IMG/VR virus record: IMGVR_UViG_3300042520_001556
Location: 1 to 60,301 of that record
Direction: 5' to 3' (one strand)
DNA from: a virus
Taxonomy: Duplodnaviria > Caudoviricetes
Length of the DNA: 60,301 bases
Program-made: the position numbers and the translations under genes
The notes under the pieces: model-generated
Databases searched by the model: none
What the model saw: the letters and a program-made list of their open reading frames with translations, nothing else
Told to the model about the DNA's origin: nothing
Shown here: in pieces, positions 55,988 through 60,301 of the stretch
How the letters are laid out: every line of letters starts with the position of its first letter
Position numbering within the stretch: the stretch's first letter is position 1

Positions 55988-56301
55988 TCATGGATGCGTG
56001 GAAGATGCCGGAAGTGAGCCTGGGCGACACGGTGCTGTACCGCCCCCATGAGGGCGCCCCGGCCCAGATGGCCTTTGTGTCCAAGGTGGGCCAGGACACT
56101 CTGGAGCTGTGGGTCCTGGCGCCTGGCTACGGCGGAACGGAGAGGCCGTCAGTCCACCACAAGGACGACCCCCGCCTGGAGACGAGCGTGGAGTGGAAGA
56201 AGTTTGGCATCTGGGAAAGCCGGCCCCGGGATCCTCGCCTGGCCCAGCTCTCCGAGCGGCTTTCGGCCCTGGAGAAGGCCGTTCAGGGCAATAAGAAGTA
56301 G
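55984..56301 (+). CDS. Hypothetical protein
   Basis: Coupled ORF between terL and portal. Confidence 0.7.
   Translation: MIMDAWKMPEVSLGDTVLYRPHEGAPAQMAFVSKVGQDTLELWVLAPGYGGTERPSVHHKDDPRLETSVEWKKFGIWESRPRDPRLAQLSERLSALEKAVQGNKK
56286..56300 (+). promoter_or_regulatory. Putative late promoter motif, copy 6
   Basis: GGGCAATA-AGAA-GTA ending 15 nt before the portal ATG. Confidence 0.55.
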
Positions 56302-56315
56302 CCCAGGAACCGCCC

Positions 56316-58316
56316 ATGTCTGACCAGAACCCGCTCCGGCCCCTTGTCCAGGGGTGGCTGGAGAAGCTGAAGCTCGCCAAAGACCACAAGCGCCCGTTCC
56401 AGGAAGACGCCGATGAGGCGATGAACTTCTACGACGGGGACAACGCCTGGATGTTCCGGTCGGAGTACGCCCGCGGGGAGAAGGGGTTCATCAAGGGCAT
56501 CTCCCCGCCCGCCTTTCGGATGACCATCAACCGTGTTTGGGAGGCCGTTCGGCTCTTCGGGTCCGTCATCCATCACCGGAACCCATCCCGGCGGTGTACC
56601 CCCAGGACCTACCCGGTCATCTCGCCCCAGATGCTGGGTGTCTTCCCGCAGCCGCCCGTGCCCCAGATGGGGCCTGACGGTCAGCCAGTCATCGGCCCTG
56701 ACGGCCAGCCGGTGATGATGATGGACCCGATGATGCAGATGTACCAGCAGCAGGTCCAGCAGACCCAGATGTTGTCGGAGCGGCGGGACATCATTTGCAA
56801 GCTGCTGGAAGACTACCTGAACTACACCCCCAATGAGCTGAACCTGAAGAACCACAACCGCAAGGTGGTGGACGAGGCCCTGATCAAGGGTGCGGGGTGC
56901 TGGTTTACGGAGCTGTACCAGGTGCCCGGCGGCGAGTCCCGGATGGCCGGCAGCTTCTATGAGAGCTTCGACAACGTCTTGTGGGACCCGGACGCCGACG
57001 ACCAGGAAGACATCCTGTGGATGGCCCGGCGGCGGTGCCACCCCAAGGAGTTTGTGGCCGCCAAGTTCGGCCTGGACCCCGAGCAGCTGAAGGGCCACGC
57101 CGAAAGCTATGACTCTCGCAGCACCCGCAAGGAGCGGGGCTACGAGACGAAGAAGAAGATGGGCAAGACCAACGACCTGGTCACCTACTGGGAGATCTAC
57201 TCCAAGACCGGATTCGGCGACCGGCTGAAAGACGCCCCCAAGGAGCTGAAGGGCAAGTTCGACGCCCTGGGCGAGTACTGCTACATCGTCGTCTGCGAGG
57301 GCGTGGATCACCCCCTGAACATCCGCCCGGACATGCTCCAGGAGGAGGTGGACGAGACGGGGGTCCCTCCCGCCTTGTTCCAGGCGGCCCAGTGGCCGAT
57401 CCCCTTCTGGGCCGAGCCCAATGGCTGGCCCTGCACCATCCTCCAGTGGCACGGCAAGCCCGGGTATTCGTACCCCATCTCGCTGATCAAGCCGGGCATT
57501 GGTGAGCTGCGGTTCATCAACTATGCGATGAGCTTCATGGCGACCAAGATCGCCACCTCCAGCCAGACCCTGATCGGCGTAGCCAAGGCCGCCGACAACG
57601 ACATCAAGGCCAAGATCCTGGACTCCGACGAGTCGGGCTTCAAGATTGTGGAAATCTCTGAGGCCATCGGCCGCAGCGTCAACGACATCATCAGCGTCTT
57701 CCAGCTTCCGGGCGTACCCACGGACCTCTGGAACATCGTCGCCGCCGTCACTGAGCTGTTCGACCGCCGCGTCGGTTTGACAGAGCTGGTCTACGGCATG
57801 ACCAGGGCATCCTTCAGGTCAGCTGCTGAGGCTACCGTGAAGGCTGAGCAGATCTCTGTGCGGCCAGACGACATGGCCAACCAGCTAGAGGACGCCCTGT
57901 CGGAGCTGGCCCGCAAGGAGGCCTTCCTGGCCCGCTGGCTGATCCAGCCGCAGGACGTGCTGCCGCTGATGGGCCCCCTGGCGGCGCAGGCCTGGGCCAT
58001 GCACGTGCAGTCCATGGACCCGGAGCAGCTCCTGCGGGAGTTCGACTTCCGCGTGGAGGCCGGCAGTGCCAGGAAGCCCAACCCGGGGACGAAGGTGGAG
58101 CAGATCAACTCCGCCATGCAGATCATCATGCCGGTGGCCCAGGGCCTCTTGCAGGCCGGCCAGCCGCAGCTCTTCAACGCCCTGATGGCCGACTGGGGCC
58201 GGGCAATGGACATGGACGTGGCGAAGTACGCGGTGCCGCCCCCGCCGCCGCCACCACCGCCGGGGCCGGAGCAACAAGGTGGAAATCCCCCAGGAAGTCC
58301 TCCGCCGGGGCCGTGA
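56316..58316 (+). CDS. Portal protein
   Basis: 666 aa after terL; FYDG, WDPDA, SAAEA, FRVEAGS motifs; Pro-rich tail. Confidence 0.85.
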   Translation: MSDQNPLRPLVQGWLEKLKLAKDHKRPFQEDADEAMNFYDGDNAWMFRSEYARGEKGFIKGISPPAFRMTINRVWEAVRLFGSVIHHRNPSRRCTPRTYPVISPQMLGVFPQPPVPQMGPDGQPVIGPDGQPVMMMDPMMQMYQQQVQQTQMLSERRDIICKLLEDYLNYTPNELNLKNHNRKVVDEALIKGAGCWFTELYQVPGGESRMAGSFYESFDNVLWDPDADDQEDILWMARRRCHPKEFVAAKFGLDPEQLKGHAESYDSRSTRKERGYETKKKMGKTNDLVTYWEIYSKTGFGDRLKDAPKELKGKFDALGEYCYIVVCEGVDHPLNIRPDMLQEEVDETGVPPALFQAAQWPIPFWAEPNGWPCTILQWHGKPGYSYPISLIKPGIGELRFINYAMSFMATKIATSSQTLIGVAKAADNDIKAKILDSDESGFKIVEISEAIGRSVNDIISVFQLPGVPTDLWNIVAAVTELFDRRVGLTELVYGMTRASFRSAAEATVKAEQISVRPDDMANQLEDALSELARKEAFLARWLIQPQDVLPLMGPLAAQAWAMHVQSMDPEQLLREFDFRVEAGSARKPNPGTKVEQINSAMQIIMPVAQGLLQAGQPQLFNALMADWGRAMDMDVAKYAVPPPPPPPPPGPEQQGGNPPGSPPPGP

Positions 58317-58812
58317 GGCCTGCGAGACATACGAACGGGCCCTGCCGCACGGCGAGCGGTGGGCGCTTATGTGCGCCACCCAGACCCCTCCTGGCACTAG
58401 AGGCTCTGACAGGGCCTTTATGGAGGGCCGCCTGAACCAGCAGTGGCTGGACGACATGCCCAAGAAGCAGGCCAACACCATCCTCAGGGAGGCCCGTGCA
58501 GCAGGGATCCCAGTGGCCGGCAAGGTCTACATCGGCGGCCTGGCGGACAGCCGAGCCCACCGGGACCCAATGGCGTGGGTGGACTCCACGGCGGACATTA
58601 AGAGAGTAGCGAGGGCTCGCAATCTGACGGTGGAGGGGGCCGTGACCCACAAGGGCACCCTCATGCCGCCCAAGAGGACGGTCCTGAATGAGCGGATCGT
58701 CCAGGAAGAGCTGCCTCGCTACCGCAAGCAGAACCCTGGCAAGAAGGACGGCGAGCTGCGGGAGATGATTATCAACCGCCAGGCCCACCCACTGAAAAGG
58801 AAAGGTAAATGA
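58279..58812 (+). CDS. Hypothetical head-region protein
   Basis: ORF overlapping the portal end. Confidence 0.65.
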   Translation: MEIPQEVLRRGREACETYERALPHGERWALMCATQTPPGTRGSDRAFMEGRLNQQWLDDMPKKQANTILREARAAGIPVAGKVYIGGLADSRAHRDPMAWVDSTADIKRVARARNLTVEGAVTHKGTLMPPKRTVLNERIVQEELPRYRKQNPGKKDGELREMIINRQAHPLKRKGK

Positions 58813-59135
58813 TCGAAATCACCCGCTTCCAAGAGACGGTCACTGTCACGGCGGCCAGCTCTGCCGCCACGTCAAGCCCCCGCTTCAGTTTCCAGCACAT
58901 GGCCGGGGCGGGCGTTCTGATCGGCAACACGGGCGGTGCCACGCAGATTGCCTGGCACGGTGCCTCAGAGCATGAGGCGACCCCCCTCCAGATCTTCTCC
59001 GATGGCTCCGCGGTGACCACGGCCGTCACGGTGGGTGCCCACCCCGTGCCGGACGCCTGCTTCTCATTCCCGTACGTGGTGCCCGTCATTGCCGGCGGGA
59101 CCAGCTGCCAGATGACGGTTGTGGCCAAGGGCTGA
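58809..59135 (+). CDS. Small beta-rich virion protein
   Basis: ATGA coupling; Thr/Val/Ala-rich. Confidence 0.65.
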   Translation: MIEITRFQETVTVTAASSAATSSPRFSFQHMAGAGVLIGNTGGATQIAWHGASEHEATPLQIFSDGSAVTTAVTVGAHPVPDACFSFPYVVPVIAGGTSCQMTVVAKG

Positions 59136-59174
59136 CCCCTCCTTCGTCACATCACCACTCTTGCGACATTCACC

Positions 59175-59978
59175 ATGCCGATGAATCCGAGACTATTACG
59201 CCCGCTGGCAAAGGGTAGAACTCTCTATTTCAACGGCGCGGTCGATAGCGACTGGGCCACGCTCGGCAACTGGTGGACGAGCGGTGCGTTCACCACGCAG
59301 GCGTCTGCCCTGCCGACTAGCGGCGACAGCGTTGTTCTCAGTGCAACGTGCGGCACTAACAGCGGCAGTGCGCCGACCGTTGTGAACTTTACGTTAAATG
59401 ACCCTGATTACTACGCATTCTATCTCTTCGTTGCAATCACCGTCACCGGCAACGCGACGTTCAACGACGGTTCGTACAACTACGGCACCGTCACCGGCGA
59501 CGCCACGTTTAACGACAGTTCGAACAACAGCGGCACCGTCTCCGGCGACGCCACATTTAACGACAGTTCGTACAACGACGGCACCGTCAACGGGAACGCG
59601 ACGTTCAACGACAGTTCGAACAACAACTACGGCACCGTCTCCGGAGACGCCACGTTTAATGACACATCGTACAACTACGCCGGCACCGTCACCGGCGACG
59701 CCACATTTAACCACAGTTCAAACAACACCGGCGGCACCGTCTCCGGAGACGCCACGTTCAACGACAGTGCGTGGAACAACTACGGCACCGTCACCGGCGA
59801 CGCCACGTTCAACGACAGTTCGTACAACAGCGGCACCGTCTCCGGAAACGCGACGTTCAACGACTTGTCTGTCAACCTCACTGGGGTCGTCGCTGGCGAC
59901 GCCACGTTCACCGGCTCTGCCTGCAACGACGGCGGCACGGCTGGCACGTTCGTCCCCAACCCACCGCCGTCCTGCTAA
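59175..59978 (+). CDS. Beta-helix-like repeat protein, putative tail fibre / adhesin
   Basis: Ten 16-17 aa repeats TV(T/S)G(D/N)ATFNDSSxNxG; N-terminal MPMNPRLLRP. Confidence 0.75.
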   Translation: MPMNPRLLRPLAKGRTLYFNGAVDSDWATLGNWWTSGAFTTQASALPTSGDSVVLSATCGTNSGSAPTVVNFTLNDPDYYAFYLFVAITVTGNATFNDGSYNYGTVTGDATFNDSSNNSGTVSGDATFNDSSYNDGTVNGNATFNDSSNNNYGTVSGDATFNDTSYNYAGTVTGDATFNHSSNNTGGTVSGDATFNDSAWNNYGTVTGDATFNDSSYNSGTVSGNATFNDLSVNLTGVVAGDATFTGSACNDGGTAGTFVPNPPPSC

Positions 59979-59992
59979 TAGGAGATATCACA

Positions 59993-60298
59993 ATGCAACT
60001 TCCGCAACCCGTTACGATCCAGCCGCCGACCATCACTCGCAGCACGGGCGAGGTTCGCGTCCAGAAGCCGGTCACGCTCACGGAACTGGACATCACCATC
60101 ATTGACAACGCCAAGCGGAAGTCCTGCGTGGCGAGGATTCGCCCCTGTCCGCAGCCCGTCACGCTCTGGAGCGGCGCTGCCTACGACGCGGCGGGCGACT
60201 ACACGCAGGCGCAGGTTGAGGCGAAGGTGCTGGAGGCGATTGGGCCTGACGTTAAGGCCGGGCTGGAGGCGTTGTTTGTGCCTCCGGCGCGGCGTTAG
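59993..60298 (+). CDS. Hypothetical protein, possible fibre chaperone
   Basis: AGGAG RBS; follows the repeat protein. Confidence 0.65.
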   Translation: MQLPQPVTIQPPTITRSTGEVRVQKPVTLTELDITIIDNAKRKSCVARIRPCPQPVTLWSGAAYDAAGDYTQAQVEAKVLEAIGPDVKAGLEALFVPPARR

Positions 60299-60301
60299 AC
60301 G

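Noticed and set aside
59440-59940. Diversity-generating retroelement template or variable repeat (AAC-rich)
   Set aside because: No reverse transcriptase and no separate non-coding copy in the window; the repeats are in-frame tandem units
60294-60301. GTTAGAC R-box and a circular join with position 1 (g + ttctgtgg)
   Set aside because: No attC arms precede it and no terminal overlap is visible; a one-base match cannot show circularity

Overview
This GC-rich 60.3 kb window looks like most of a circularly permuted tailed-phage genome with a podovirus-like layout. It has terminase, portal, scaffold, major capsid, adaptor, nozzle and large internal/ejection proteins, but no recognisable tape measure, DNA polymerase or peptidoglycan hydrolase. 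A Planctomycetota host is inferred, not proven. Modules in order: a tRNA-like element and a short-gene cassette array (1-1.7 kb); tail and ejection genes (2.1-16.5 kb); tyrosine recombinase; exonuclease-ERF-SSB-helicase-HNH-HJR (17.5-24.8 kb); a subtilisin + papain + membrane-protein cassette (24.8-28.1 kb); sigma factor and serine recombinase; a minus-strand block of short early-type genes (29.3-38.9 kb); a GC-rich repeat region (39-41.3 kb); and head/packaging genes (41.3-60.3 kb). The main finding is an integron-like array with canonical attC hairpins on the minus strand, while its genes read on the plus strand. Two genes start inside their own attC. The array is bounded by an attI-like 15-bp repeat, has no IntI in the window, and appears to include a tRNA-like cassette. 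Other notable signals are a shared EDxIRxL peptide tag on several late proteins, a six-copy late-promoter motif, a possible protease-based lysis module and standardised gene-junction repeats. All product calls come from motif recognition by eye; no database searches were run.
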